64,000 nucleotides of DNA, from assembly GCF_009914755.1 (NCBI RefSeq), contig NC_060941.1; one strand, written 5' to 3'. The notes under the pieces were generated by a model. It made no database searches. It had not been told where the DNA came from and saw only the letters and a program-made list of their open reading frames with translations. The position numbers were made by a program, and so were the translations under genes. This document shows, in pieces, positions 50,305 through 64,000 of this stretch. Within the stretch, counting starts at the first letter, position 1. Every line of letters starts with the position of its first letter. Source of the stretch: the human T2T-CHM13v2.0 reference genome, Homo sapiens.

Positions 50305-51769
50305 TGTATCTTCTTTATTGAAACTTTAGTGGTCACCTTGGAGCAAAAGAAGTGAATAGTGGAGGTCCCAAATTACAGCACTGAGGGGCAAGCATTGTCT
50401 CCAGGTGGTATAGATGAGTAGCAGTGGTGTGGTATATTATTAGCAGCCAGACTCCTAAGAACGTGTGAGATATCCTCTTGGGACTCATTAAAACATTTAG
50501 AGAGGGGAGTCAGTCAGGTATGGATGATAATGTTAATATGGCCTCAGAGGCATCAACGTAATGCATTTATAGTCAAAAGCTGATGAAATGTGGAGACATT
50601 CTGGTTATAGATTGAACTAAGATAATCTCATAGATAAAGGGGCTACAGGGTGCTATGGAGAGTTGCTCAGATGTTTGGAAGATACTAGTCATCATGGCAG
50701 TTAACATCAAAGAAGATAATCATGCCCTTCTGTAATGTGTCCTCCTTGCAGGTTACCTTCAAACACAGGCTTGGGAATGTGGAGGATCATATATCCAAAA
50801 GGGCAACCACCACTATTCTTAGGAGTTGCTAATCTTCACGTTTGGAGCTGAATGATTAAATCAACTACTGAAAGCAGCCATAGGGCCTTCAACTCTTTTC
50901 TCTTTCCCAGAACAGAACTAGAGTCACTCATTCATTAAGCATCTACAATGTACCTACTATATGTAAGGGAGAGCACAAAGATAGACCACACACAGTCCGC
51001 ATCCCCAAGGAAATTTAAATTAAGCAATGTGGGACAGTCTGTTGCGAGTTCATGTGGTATGATATTGGAGGGTACCACTAAGCTCACCTAATAACTGCTT
51101 CTTAACAAAGAAATCCCTTCTAGGGCTCCCCCGAGCCACAGAGCCATTCCCCTTGAGCCATAGAGCCACACAGAGCCACTCCCTTGAGCCACAGAACCAC
51201 AGTCATTGTCCAACTGTGCAATAATCTGAGGCCAAGGTAATTTCCAACCCTCCTTTTCCAGAGTTCTCTTCTTCCTAACTCATTTATATTATTTCTACTG
51301 GCTCCTCTGTGGGTCTGGAACCCCTACTCTTCTCTAAGGAGAAATGAGGAACCCCACCTACCATAGGTGCAAAACATTCCAATGTTCCTTTGTATTTCTC
51401 TACTAAATGACAACTAAACAGAAGCTGTTTGTCTGGTGGGCTGACATGATCACAGGCAAGGCGGACCATCAGCTCTTATTACCAAATACCCAATATACAC
51501 CCTTCCTTTTTGGCCCTTCCTCAAAGTTTTCCACTTTGCCTGGCCCTTTTCATGAATAACTTCCTGTGTCATCATGTGACACGACGAATGATTTCTGTCA
51601 TCGTGTTCATTCATACCTATCCAGAACATACCATAGCACTGTATCATACCTAGTTTGACACAAAGACCTCCCTCACACTTCTATTTCCTGTCCACCAGTC
51701 CTCATCCCATTCTTTATTCACACACACTTTCGCACATTCTTCTCTCTTTCTCTCTTTCTCTCTCTCTCT

Positions 51770-51885
51770 CCTTTATAGAGACAGAGTCTTGCTATGTTGT
51801 CCCAGGCTGGTCTCAAACTCCTGCCTCGAGCGGTCCTCCCACTTTGGCCTCCCAAAGCATTGGGATTACAGGCATGAGCCACCCC
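51770..51885 (-). mobile_element. FLAM_C-like monomer with (TC)n tail
   Basis: Single Alu arm. Confidence 0.8.
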
Positions 51886-52807
51886 TCCCTGTCTGTTCTT
51901 CTCTTAATTACTTCTTCAGCTCTAACAACGCAAAGCGCATCTGCTAGCCCTTGGTTTCTGGATTATCCTGCCCCTCTCTGCCCTAGTGAATCTTAAGAAA
52001 GTTCACAATCAGTACGACAAATCATGTGTGTCCTGACTAGCGCTGATTTGGTGGAATTATTTCCAGTTTAGATCTGGTCCTTCCTTAATTAATAATAATA
52101 AACCTCAGTTAAAGTTGTGTAGCATTTTCCATAGCAGTAACACAATGTTAATTTCATCTTGAGCTTGGAGAAGTCAGCTAAAGTCCTAAACCTCAAGATC
52201 TTTTTATATATAAGGGAGAAGTCTCCAGAGATGGTGCATCCATGAGCACATCATCTTTACTAAAGAAAAGCAAAATATATTTATCTTCTATGTATGCACA
52301 CAAACATGTATTTTTTCTTCCTTTTTTTAGTGCAACTTCCTGACCTCTGAAAACAATTTCTTTAGGATACTGGCTGTAAATATTTGCACGGATTGTTCAA
52401 TAGCTGGTTGTGCAAAGGGAGACAGGCTTTTTGTCTTTACCCCGGAAAAGAATTGAAACAGACTCTTTCTTTCAAAAGTTGGCAGAGATATGTTACAGAG
52501 GGGTCCAGCTCATTTGTAGAAGCAAACATGTTGCCGTCTAACACAGATTGATCACCAGCTGGGAAGCAAGTCATTCCACCGTAGGTTCACAATAACACTG
52601 GCTCTCTGCTGAGCTGCTGACCACTGGTGACAGATTGATGTGTAGTTCGAGTGGAGAAGCTAGCTAAAGAGAACTTAGGGAAGCTGAGCAGGTTGCAAGT
52701 GTATTATTCATGCACTCTCTGCCCAGAAAAATAAAGTTCCCCACCTTTCTGACCTAAGTTTGGAGAACCGTTAGGGACTGAGTTTGCTTTGTGACTTTGA
52801 AGGCTGC

Positions 52808-53011
52808 TTACAGCTTTCCAGAGCAACATAAAAAATGAATACCTATTGGCACTCCAATGAAATGCCAAAATCCACAAAGAGAATGACCAAGGAACATTTC
52901 TTTTTTCCTTTTCCCACTGCGAGTGAGAAAGAAGAGACATGATATTTCATGTCACTGCTAAAGAGTTTGTTTGGTAAAAAACAAATGAAAAGGTACAGCT
53001 TGTTAACACCA
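52808..53011. repeat. Copy A of a locally duplicated ~200-bp non-TE module
   Basis: Shares ordered blocks with 54279-54494, including 21/21 identity aatgaaatgccaaaatccaca. Confidence 0.9.
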
Positions 53012-53092
53012 CTCAGAGGTAGACAGTCCAGGGTCTCAGAAAGAAGAATGGCATGCCCCTGGGTTTCTTTTAGAATGCGAAGAGTGGTGGCC

Positions 53093-53141
53093 GGGGAGGG
53101 GGGGATGGTGGGGGAGGGGGTTGGGGGGGTGGGGGTGAGGG
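53093..53141 (+). other. G-quadruplex-forming tract / CACCC-box cluster
   Basis: G runs of 4, 7, 5, 5, 7, 5 and 3 with short loops. Confidence 0.8.
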
Positions 53142-53428
53142 CTCACGGAATGAAGAGCTTTAAAACACCACGCAAGCGGGGAAGGCATATTTACTTAAGA
53201 AAACTGGTACCTAAGTTGTAAATCGGAATAACAGATCAAGCAGGTACCGTGTTTTATAAGTTTGAGTCATTAAATTTTCCAAGATTCTGCATGCTTTTCA
53301 AACCATAAAAGACCCACTTCCAAACTATTACCCACTTTTTAAACCATGAAGATACATTAAGCACACTACTTTTTCAATAGCAGTTTTTTTGCACATCTTT
53401 TCTATCATCTTTCCTTAAAGAATATACA

Positions 53429-53741
53429 TTTTTTTCTTTTTTTCTCTTTTTTTTTTTTTTTGAGACAGAGTCTTGCTCTGTCTCCCAGGCTGGAGTGCAG
53501 TGGTGTGATCTCAGCTCACTGCAAGCTCTGCCTCCCGGGTTCACGCCATTCCCGACTCGGCCTCCCGAGTAGCTGGGACTACAGGCGCCTGCCACCACGC
53601 CCGGCTGATTTTTTTGTATTTTTAGTAGAGACGGGGTTTCACCATGTTAGCCAGGATGGTCTCGATCTCCTGGCCTTGTGATCTGCCCTCCTCAGCCTCC
53701 CAAAGTGCTGGGATTACAGGCGTGAGCCACTGTGCGTGGCC
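53429..53741 (-). mobile_element. AluY-like
   Basis: AluY diagnostics; near-TSD tccttaaa.aatat. Confidence 0.93.
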
Positions 53742-53789
53742 TCCTTAAAAAATATTTTAAACAAAGACATTTAGCACAAGAAAACAGAA

Positions 53790-53895
53790 TAATTACATGG
53801 GGGCCAGGGACTATTTTATTCACCATGGTGTCACTAAAGCCTAGAAGAATGCCTGGCACATAGTAGATCCTCACTAAATATTTGCTGACTGACTA
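53790..53895 (+). mobile_element. L2 3' end
   Basis: tgcctggcacatagtag...taaatatttgctga. Confidence 0.75.
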
Positions 53896-54278
53896 TTCAT
53901 TGGAAGCCAACTTAGCAACACTGTGCTTTATTATTCTAGCTCAGATTTAATGATAAAATTTCATGAGCATTTTCCCACAACTTTCGAAAATTATTTTAAT
54001 GAAGAAATACAAACATAATTGCACCATTTCTGCTATTACCACCACGTCCACAGTTGAAACTATTAGTGTGAAGTGAAAGCTGAATATAAAGAAGAAATTT
54101 AGCCCAGGGGATTAATTTCTTCAAGGCTGGTGAGGAGGAGGAAGCAAACTACTGTTTTCCTTTTCACGGGAGTGCTACACGGGTTACTATCCACAAAGAT
54201 AGAAAGGAATAAATAAGTAGTAGTTAATGATGAGGAGAAGCAACAGTTTTTTTGGCAGTAGTACAAAGCCAGGAAATA

Positions 54279-54494
54279 TAGCAGTTTCCAGAGAGTTGCA
54301 TGTGCTTTTCAGTGAAAAGGTTTGAGATAGCACTTCCTAATGAAATGCCAAAATCCACACCAAGAATGACTGAGTAGCAGTTTTTTTCCGTTTTCCCACT
54401 GAGAGTGAGACAGAAGATCCGTGATGTTTCATGTCACTGCCAAAACAGTTTGTTTTGTAACAATGTATGAAGAGAGACAGCTTATTATGCCACC
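54279..54494. repeat. Copy B of a locally duplicated ~200-bp non-TE module
   Basis: Same orientation as copy A, offset 1483 bp at the 21-mer. Confidence 0.9.
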
Positions 54495-55024
54495 TGTATT
54501 GCACTATTTGTTAGTATTTTAATAGGTAATTAATCTTGATTTGATAGGATTTAAGATTTCTATTTTTTGGCACATATGCTCAAGCTATTATGTTATAAAT
54601 CTCAAACATTTCAGCAAATGTCATCCTGATTGTTCCCTACTGCATAGAATACGATCAGTGAAATATTCAAGGTCAAGAACTTGGATTCTTTACCCACCGT
54701 ATTCAGGAAAACCAATTTATTGTTCTGTCTCAGTAAAGAGGGGTGATTTCTTTGGGGCCTATATTATATTGGCAGTCAATCTAGAAAACTTATAATTACT
54801 TTTAAGCAATGGAGGTTTGGTAAGTGCGTTAATCTGTTCCTGAATTTAAACACATACCCTTTAGCTATTACTATGACAAAACTTCAGAGTTCAACATTTT
54901 AAATTACAAGAATGAAGTGTGTGCACAATACGTTAGAATGGTGCACAAGAGTTTTTAATATAAAATCAAGAACATGTCTTTGCATTTGCCTGGGGATAAA
55001 ATCTTAGGAAGATTTTGAGGAGTT

Positions 55025-55328
55025 GTTCTTTTGTTTTTTCTTTTTTGAGACAGAGTCTTGCTCTGTTGCCCAGGCTGCAGTGCAGTGACGCAATCTCAGC
55101 TCACTGCAACCTCGGCCTCCCGAGTTCAAGCAATTCTTCTGCTTCAGCCGCCCCAGTAGCTGGGATTACAGGCACCTGCCACCATACCCAGCTAATTTCT
55201 GTATTTTTAGTAGAGATGGGGTTTCATCATGATGGCCAGGCTGGTCTCGAACTCCTGACCTCAAGTGATCCACCAGCCTCAGTCTCCCAAAGTGCTGGGA
55301 TTACAGGCGTGAGCCACCACACCCGGCC
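55025..55328 (-). mobile_element. Alu (AluS-like)
   Basis: Alu consensus. Confidence 0.95.
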
Positions 55329-55502
55329 TTGAGAAGTTTTTAAAGCAATCTTCATACCAAATGGTCCTGGTTTGGCAAATTAATGTTCTCATCAATTTAT
55401 TGGAATAAAAAAATTGAATGATGTTTGGCATTAAACCAAATCATTACAGATCATTTCAACTGAACTAAGTTTATGCATTTTCTAAAATATAAGAATATGG
55501 TT

Positions 55503-56432
<930 letters not shown>

Positions 56433-56885
56433 CTAATTATTTTCAGAAATGACCTTAATACAAAATTTTTGCTTCTCAGAGAAAGACAGATGTTTTTGCT
56501 TTTGAAAGGTAAGGGTCAGTTCTCTACATTATTAAAAAAATATATATTACTGCAATCTTTTTTAAAAAGATACATAGATTAAAAAAATTTCTAAAATGAC
56601 AATACCAAGTGCTGACAAGAATAAGGTGCAACTGAAACTCTCATACACCACTGATGGAAATGCAAATAATCCAGCCACCTTAGAAACAGTTGATCAGTTT
56701 CTTAGAAAACTAAACATATGCTTATACAAACCAGCAATCCTACTCCTAGGCAGGATTACCCAAGAGAAATAAAAACAATTGTTCACACAAAAATCCAAAC
56801 ATACCCATCTGTAGTGGCTTTAGTCAAAACTGCCACAAACTGAAAACAACTCAATGTCCTTCCACTGGTAAATAAACAAACAAAT

Positions 56886-57190
56886 TGCCGGGTGCGGTGG
56901 CTCACACCTATAATCCCAGCACTTTGGGAGGCCAAGGCGAGCGGATCACGAGGTCAGGAGATCGAGACCACCCTGGCTTACACGGCGAAACCCCGTCTCC
57001 ACTAAAAATACAAAAAATTAGCCGGACATGGCGGCGGGCGCCTGTAGTCCCAGCTACTCGGGCGGCTGAGGCAGGAGAATGGCGTGAACCCCGGGGGACG
57101 GAGCCTGCAGTGAGCCGAGATGGAGCCACTGCACTCCAGCCTGGGCGACAGAGCGAGACTCCGTCTCAAAAATAAATAAACAAACAAACA
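56886..57190 (+). mobile_element. Young AluY (AluYe-like)
   Basis: gaaccccgggggacggagcctgcag variant; many CpGs retained; TSD aaacaaacaaattg. Confidence 0.85.
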
Positions 57191-57442
57191 AATTGTGGTA
57201 CAGCTAGACAATAAGCTATTCCACCACAATAAAAAGGCACAAACTACGGATGTATGCAACAATGTGAATAAATCTTAAATGCATTATGCTTAGTGAAAGC
57301 AGCCAGATACAAAAAGCTACAAACTTCACAATTCTATTTATATTCCATTTTGGAAAAGGCAAAACTTGAGGGACAGCAAACAAATCAGTGATGCCCAGGG
57401 GCTGGGAGTGAGAAGAGGGTCTACCTGTAAAGGGGTTGAATG

Positions 57443-57583
57443 AGCCAAGCACAGGTGGCACACACCTGTAGTCCCAGTAACTTGGGAGGCTGAGGCTGGA
57501 GAATCTCTTGAGCCCAGGAGTTTGAGGCCAGCCTGGGAAACATAGTGAGGCCCCGTCTCAAAAATTAATTAAAAAATAAATAA
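57443..57583 (+). mobile_element. FLAM_A-like monomer
   Basis: Single ~120-bp arm plus A tail. Confidence 0.8.
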
Positions 57584-57694
57584 AGGAGAATGAAAGAACC
57601 TTTGAAGGTGATGGACTTGTTTTATATCTCAAGTATATATATCAAAACTCATTAAATTGTTCATAAAAAAAAGATGAAATTTGCTACATGTAAC

Positions 57695-57982
57695 TTTTTT
57701 TTTGAGATGGAGTCTCGCTCTGTCATCCAGGCTAGAGTGCAGTGGTGCGATCTTGGCTTACAGCAACCTCTGCCTCCCAGGCTCAAGTGATTCTGCCTCA
57801 GCCTCCCTAGTAGCTGGGATAACAGGTATGCGCCACCACGCCCGGCTAATTTTTGTATTTTTAGTAGAGATGGGGTTTCACCATGTTGGCCAGGCTGGTC
57901 TCAAACTCCTGACCTCAAGTAATCTGCCCGCCTCGGCCTCCCAAAGTGCTGGGATTACAGGTGTGAGCCACCACGCCTGACC
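57695..57982 (-). mobile_element. Alu
   Basis: Alu consensus; TSD tacatgtaa. Confidence 0.95.
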
Positions 57983-59397
57983 TTACATGTAAATTTAACT
58001 AAATAAACCTCACACTAAAAAAGGTAGTAAAAAATAATAATGCTGTAATGATAGACATTCCTTCAAATTCTCCAAGACCCATATATACGGATGTGTGTGT
58101 GTTAGAGATAGAATCTCCCTATCTTACTCAGACTAGCCTCAAACGATCCTCCAGCCTCAGCCTCCCTAGTAGCTGCGAAGCATGCAGCTGCGCCTGACTT
58201 CCTCTAATTTTTACCGATGTTCATAGGCACATTTTTATCTAGCTATAATATAAATTGATGATTTGTTTTATTTTATAAAAATCTAATTAATTCTGCCATT
58301 CTAGCAAAGACCAGCATGATAATCTGGCAAGGTAGGACTCATTGATCAATTTCAAGTCAGCACTTTTCTCCCCATTCACACAGCAGTATTTCTTAAGAAG
58401 GAATTTTATTTCTCGGTGGTATTCTCAGTATTTTGTAGACATACCTGCTCTTAACCAGCAATGCAGGAAGTCCAAATGACATCCTGAAACAAGGCCTCTT
58501 TTGCAGCCTTCCTCCATAAGAGGTCCTGCCTTTTTGTCCAGTAACACAAAAAAGATTTGCCAAGCATGGACTGTGTTCTGGGCCCTGCGCTCAGTACCAG
58601 GAACACAAAAATGAATAAGACAGCCTTACTTATATCACTTCCTCACTCTATCTTAAAGCAATGGTGCTTACACAAACTTAAGCCCTCAAATCTTCTGGCA
58701 TATATGTTAAAATTATCTCCTTTGTTTATACCGTCCCTCCCTTCCAGCATTTATCTTGGGAATTATTCACTTTTTCCAGATCTAATCCACACCATAATCC
58801 CATTAACAACTTCTTCAAGCTAGACTTGGAGTGGTCAGAACTTGATTCCACATATATGTATCTCTCTGTGGAGAAAAAACAGGATCCCATAAGTCAATGC
58901 CATTTCGTCTCATCTTTCCATGTCACACTTTGTTACTAAGTGTGTGATCTACGGCGACAGACATCTCAGTTCGAGAACTTACACAAGGCATCATCTCCAC
59001 GTTTAATGTAACTTTCCAAAGTAAGCACTAATTCCCTTTGGAAACCATAGTTTTTAAAATTTTTCTAAATAAAATGGTACCTCTGATGTAGCTATGACCC
59101 CTGCTAGGGTTCGTGGTGTCTAATGAAGTGAAAATATTATATACTTTGCATTCAGTAAAAGTTCCTATTCCAAGAGATATAATTTAACTCCTATGATATA
59201 TATGTCCAAATTATTTTTATAACTTTATAAATAAACCCATCTCTAAGTTCTCCTTTCAATAAAAAATGAATATTTAAAGAAAAATAGAAAAATACCCAAG
59301 TTGCTAGATTTTTCCAAAAATGATTATTTTTGAATACTTCATAAACAAATGTGCAATTTAAATATATTCATATATACACAAAAATATACATATATAC

Positions 59398-59418
59398 AGA
59401 GAGAGAGAGAGAGAGAGA
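59398..59418. repeat. (GA)n microsatellite preceded by TA-rich sequence
   Basis: About 10 GA units. Confidence 0.85.
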
Positions 59419-60408
59419 TGGACACCATGAATTCTTAGAAAACAGAACAAAAGTTTCACTGCTTAGAAAATTTGAGTTTGATATTTTGCTTCCTCTTTCT
59501 TATTTGGTTTAATTTGAGCTGCATCTGATTTATGTTTTTCTCTTAATCCAATTAAATTACCTTGATGGTTTCAGTTAAAACATGGAAGGATTTATTGCAA
59601 TCTCTCTTAATATAAAGTGCATGAATTGTCCTACTGGAGTCAAATAATAATGTGTAACTATGACATACATTCCAATGACAATTTCACCATTATGACCTGA
59701 GATATGACTCAAACTCTAGTTACTTAGTAACTATAACTTAATTTAGTAACTTCTTTGACTTTTTTTTTTCTGATCATGTTTTCACCCTGGACACTCCAAG
59801 TACCTGACAGCTTCTTGGTGGAGCCCATCTCTTATCTAAAAATACCTGAAACAATTAGCTTTATTTTCCCTGCTTTCAAACACAAGAGCACTTATGAGAA
59901 AGAAAATTGACATCGGAGAAAGGTGGGATGAGAGAAAAATCTCTTCTATCTTTAATGAAATTAGTTACCAAAAATAGAAAAAAAAAAATCTTTGCTCAAC
60001 TAGAAGTTAAATGTGTGTTTCTATTTCCGAACACTAGTTCTTACTCAACTATGATACAGCCTGTGAGAAGGAATTAGTCCTCTACAACACACTGCCACTC
60101 TGAAAGGTTCAGGTAGGTGGTAGGAAGTGCCCAGCTTTGGGATGGTGCTGAACCCGATGCCGCAGAAGCCAAATGAACACTTGGGGCAAATGGTCCCCCA
60201 GCCTGGCAGTAGCTTTGGCTCTCGGTGTGACAAAGCAGAACAGCTAGGGGTTCTCAGGTGTAGGCGAGCACCTGAAACCCTTGAAAGGTTGTCACATGAC
60301 GGGTGTTCTCAATGTATAAACTTCTACACTGCCTTGGTTGTTGATGATTTTAAGATTAAAAATCTACTTGGGAAGTTGGATAACAAAGTATCCCAGTAGG
60401 ATGGCCCT

Positions 60409-60712
60409 TGTTTTTTTTTCTTTTTAGACAGAGTCTCGCTCTGTTGCCAGGCTGCAGTGCTATAGTGCAGTGGCGTGATCTCGGCTCACTGCAACCCTGC
60501 CTCCCGGGTTCAAGCTATTCTCTTGCCTCAACCTCCCCAGTAGCTGGGATTACAGGTGCCCACCACCACGCCCAGCTAATTTTTGTATTTTTAGTAGAGA
60601 CGGGGTTTCATCATGTTGGCCAAGCTGGTCTTGAACTCCTGACCTCAACTGATCTGCCCGCCTCGGCCTCCCAAAGTGCTGGGATTACAGGCGTGAGCCA
60701 CCGCGCCTGGCC
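60409..60712 (-). mobile_element. Alu
   Basis: Alu consensus; near-TSD aggatgg(c/g)cctt. Confidence 0.95.
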
Positions 60713-61031
60713 AGGATGGGCCTTCTTTTAGATGTTTCTCATCTTTAGTACTCAGTATGGCTAGAAAATGGTGTGGGGATCCGAAAGGTTAATTTCCTAT
60801 GACTAGAAACTCACTGACCCTGGTTCATAGGGTAGGTTCATCCAATCCACTGTAAGCCTCCAGGAAAATCAAGAAAGATCATTATGAATCAGCTCAGCTG
60901 CTACTGTGATAGTAATCTCACCATCATTATGTTTACCCCATGGAGAAAACACTATTGTAATTAACACCAATTTATAATCTAATTGTGGGACAGATGGTGA
61001 AGGATACCTACCATATTCAGATCTGAATTAG

Positions 61032-61424
<393 letters not shown>

Positions 61425-61748
61425 TAATAACTATGTGTTGAGTTAATAAATAAATTGTGCCATGAGTCTCTTGCTCTCCTAAGGGGACTTATGGGTAAGA
61501 GTCTGTAAAAGTCACCAGTCTGGATGGGGAAGCATGGATGGCAATTGAAGAAGAGGGAAGGCGAGGCTCTGGGAAACCGCTCTCACATGGCTTCAGACAC
61601 TGGTGCAAAGGAAGCGTTTATAAGAAACTATGTCATAAAGTTAAAGTGGAATGACTATATTCTAAATATGTTTTCTACATTATATATACATCATTAAATA
61701 AATTGAATATCATATTTGATTATTTCAGCTATAGTCCTAAAAGTATAC

Positions 61749-62451
<703 letters not shown>

Positions 62452-62541
62452 TCATCCTCTTTGGAGACAAAAAAAATTATCTTACACTCAGGAATATATT
62501 CAGGTACAATGTTTTTACAACAGTAGATTAAACAGTTTAAA

Positions 62542-62822
62542 GTGGGCACAGTGGCTCATGCCTGTAATCCCAGCGCTTTGGAAGGTCAAGGCGGGAGCAT
62601 CACTTGAGGTCAGGAGTTTGAGACCAGCCTGGGCAAGACAGCAAAACCCCGTCTCTACAAAAAATTAAAAAATTAGCCAGGTGTGGTGGTGTGCACTTGT
62701 AGTCCCAACTACTTGGAAGGCTCAGGTGGGAGGATTGCTTGAGGTTGCAGTAAGCCATGATGACACCATTGCACTCCAGCCTGGGTGACAGAGCAAGACC
62801 CTGTCTCTTAAAAAACAAAACA
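62542..62822 (+). mobile_element. AluJ-like
   Basis: gtgggaggattgcttgag, gaccctgtctc diagnostics. Confidence 0.9.
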
Positions 62823-62823
62823 A

Positions 62824-63150
<327 letters not shown>

Positions 63151-64000
63151 AGTGAAGGCTTTGGTGGCTACAAGAAAAGGCACAGCAAGGAAAATATTTT
63201 GGTATCTTGGTGTAAAAAAAAGCACAAATGAAAATATTACAATGCAATAAGAATTTTTAAAAAACTGAATAAAAACAGTAAGATTTTGACTATGGTATCA
63301 GGAAGGGAAGAAAAGGAGAAACTTAAAATATGGACAGGAATACAGACACTTCAGCAACAGTCAATGTCCTCTGCAGACAGTACATACAATATTATTCACA
63401 AAGTGGGCTAACTCTGTAACAGTCTTCCAGCCAAGAGTCTCTGAAAATTATTTCTAAAACTTTACAACTTGCTACTATAAGGGGGAGGTACGCAACCAAT
63501 AAGTCTAATTAGGATTCTGACCATTTCTCATATGCAAAGGCATATCAACAAACCCATCTGCAGTGTACAGCTCATCCTCATCTGGGATCTGGGGGCACAA
63601 TTTACTCTCCCAGCACACCCTCCCTCCCTAACCTGACGATCCAACTGTGTTTCACCCAGGATTCAGATCCTGGGAGGAATCCTAACTATCAGGGCTGTTA
63701 AGCTTTTAAATACGCCACCCTCAGAGAAGGCCCTCACTAGATGGGTAGGGGCTGGGTGTCATGATAAGAGAATTCCTATTTTCCCACGGAAATGAATTAC
63801 TTTTTAAAAAAACCCATTTGCTGGTGAAAGGGAGGAGAGGGAGGAAGTGAGGCTAAGCAAGTGTATTTGGGGGGTGGCAGATGAAGCGAGTCTTGTGGGT
63901 CTCAGGACAGTCTTTGGAACAGAAATTACAAAAACTAATTTGAAACCCAGAGGCAGTGAAGAAAAGGCATGGAAACCAAATGAAACACCATTTGATCTTT

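Larger units (their letters stand above)
56575..57690 (+). mobile_element. L1ME-like 3' region interrupted by AluY and FLAM
   Basis: gacaataccaagtgctgacaag...ccagcaatcctactcctagg...gcattatgcttagtgaaa. Confidence 0.75.

Noticed and set aside
52704-54494. Duplicated module as mutually exclusive coding exons
   Set aside because: Indels between copies break a common reading frame, and copy B lacks a matching donor
59717-59733. 8-bp inverted repeat tagttact-t-agtaacta
   Set aside because: Expected by chance in 64 kb of AT-rich DNA
63700-63760. CTCF-like tcactagatggg near the window end
   Set aside because: Lacks the GGC core; too weak to call

Overview
Primate (human-like) non-coding DNA. It contains about 45 near-full-length Alus plus several monomers, old L1M/L2/MIR fragments, an apparently full-length Tigger2 DNA transposon, several solo LTRs (MER4-, LTR8-, MER21-, MSTA-, MER66- and LTR41-like), MER DNA-transposon relics, a compound (TCCA)n array and a ~0.8 kb TA-rich tract. 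I could not identify a host-gene coding exon, tRNA/rRNA, CpG island or CRISPR array. Most long ORFs in the track are Alu, simple-repeat or Tigger2 transposase read-throughs, and none of the rest gave a recognisable protein. L1 orientation weakly suggests an intron of a minus-strand gene, which I could not name. The most interesting unexplained signal is a ~200-bp non-repeat module present twice 1.48 kb apart (52808-53011 and 54279-54494), conserved in blocks and next to a strong G-quadruplex tract. Other notable items are an Alu-mediated tandem triplication (38543-39189), a nested direct/inverted repeat knot (34165-34276), a two-strand splice-signal node (31021-31100) and a four-tier transposon nest (28757-30120). 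Repeat subfamily calls come from recalled consensus sequences, and boundaries of old repeats are approximate.
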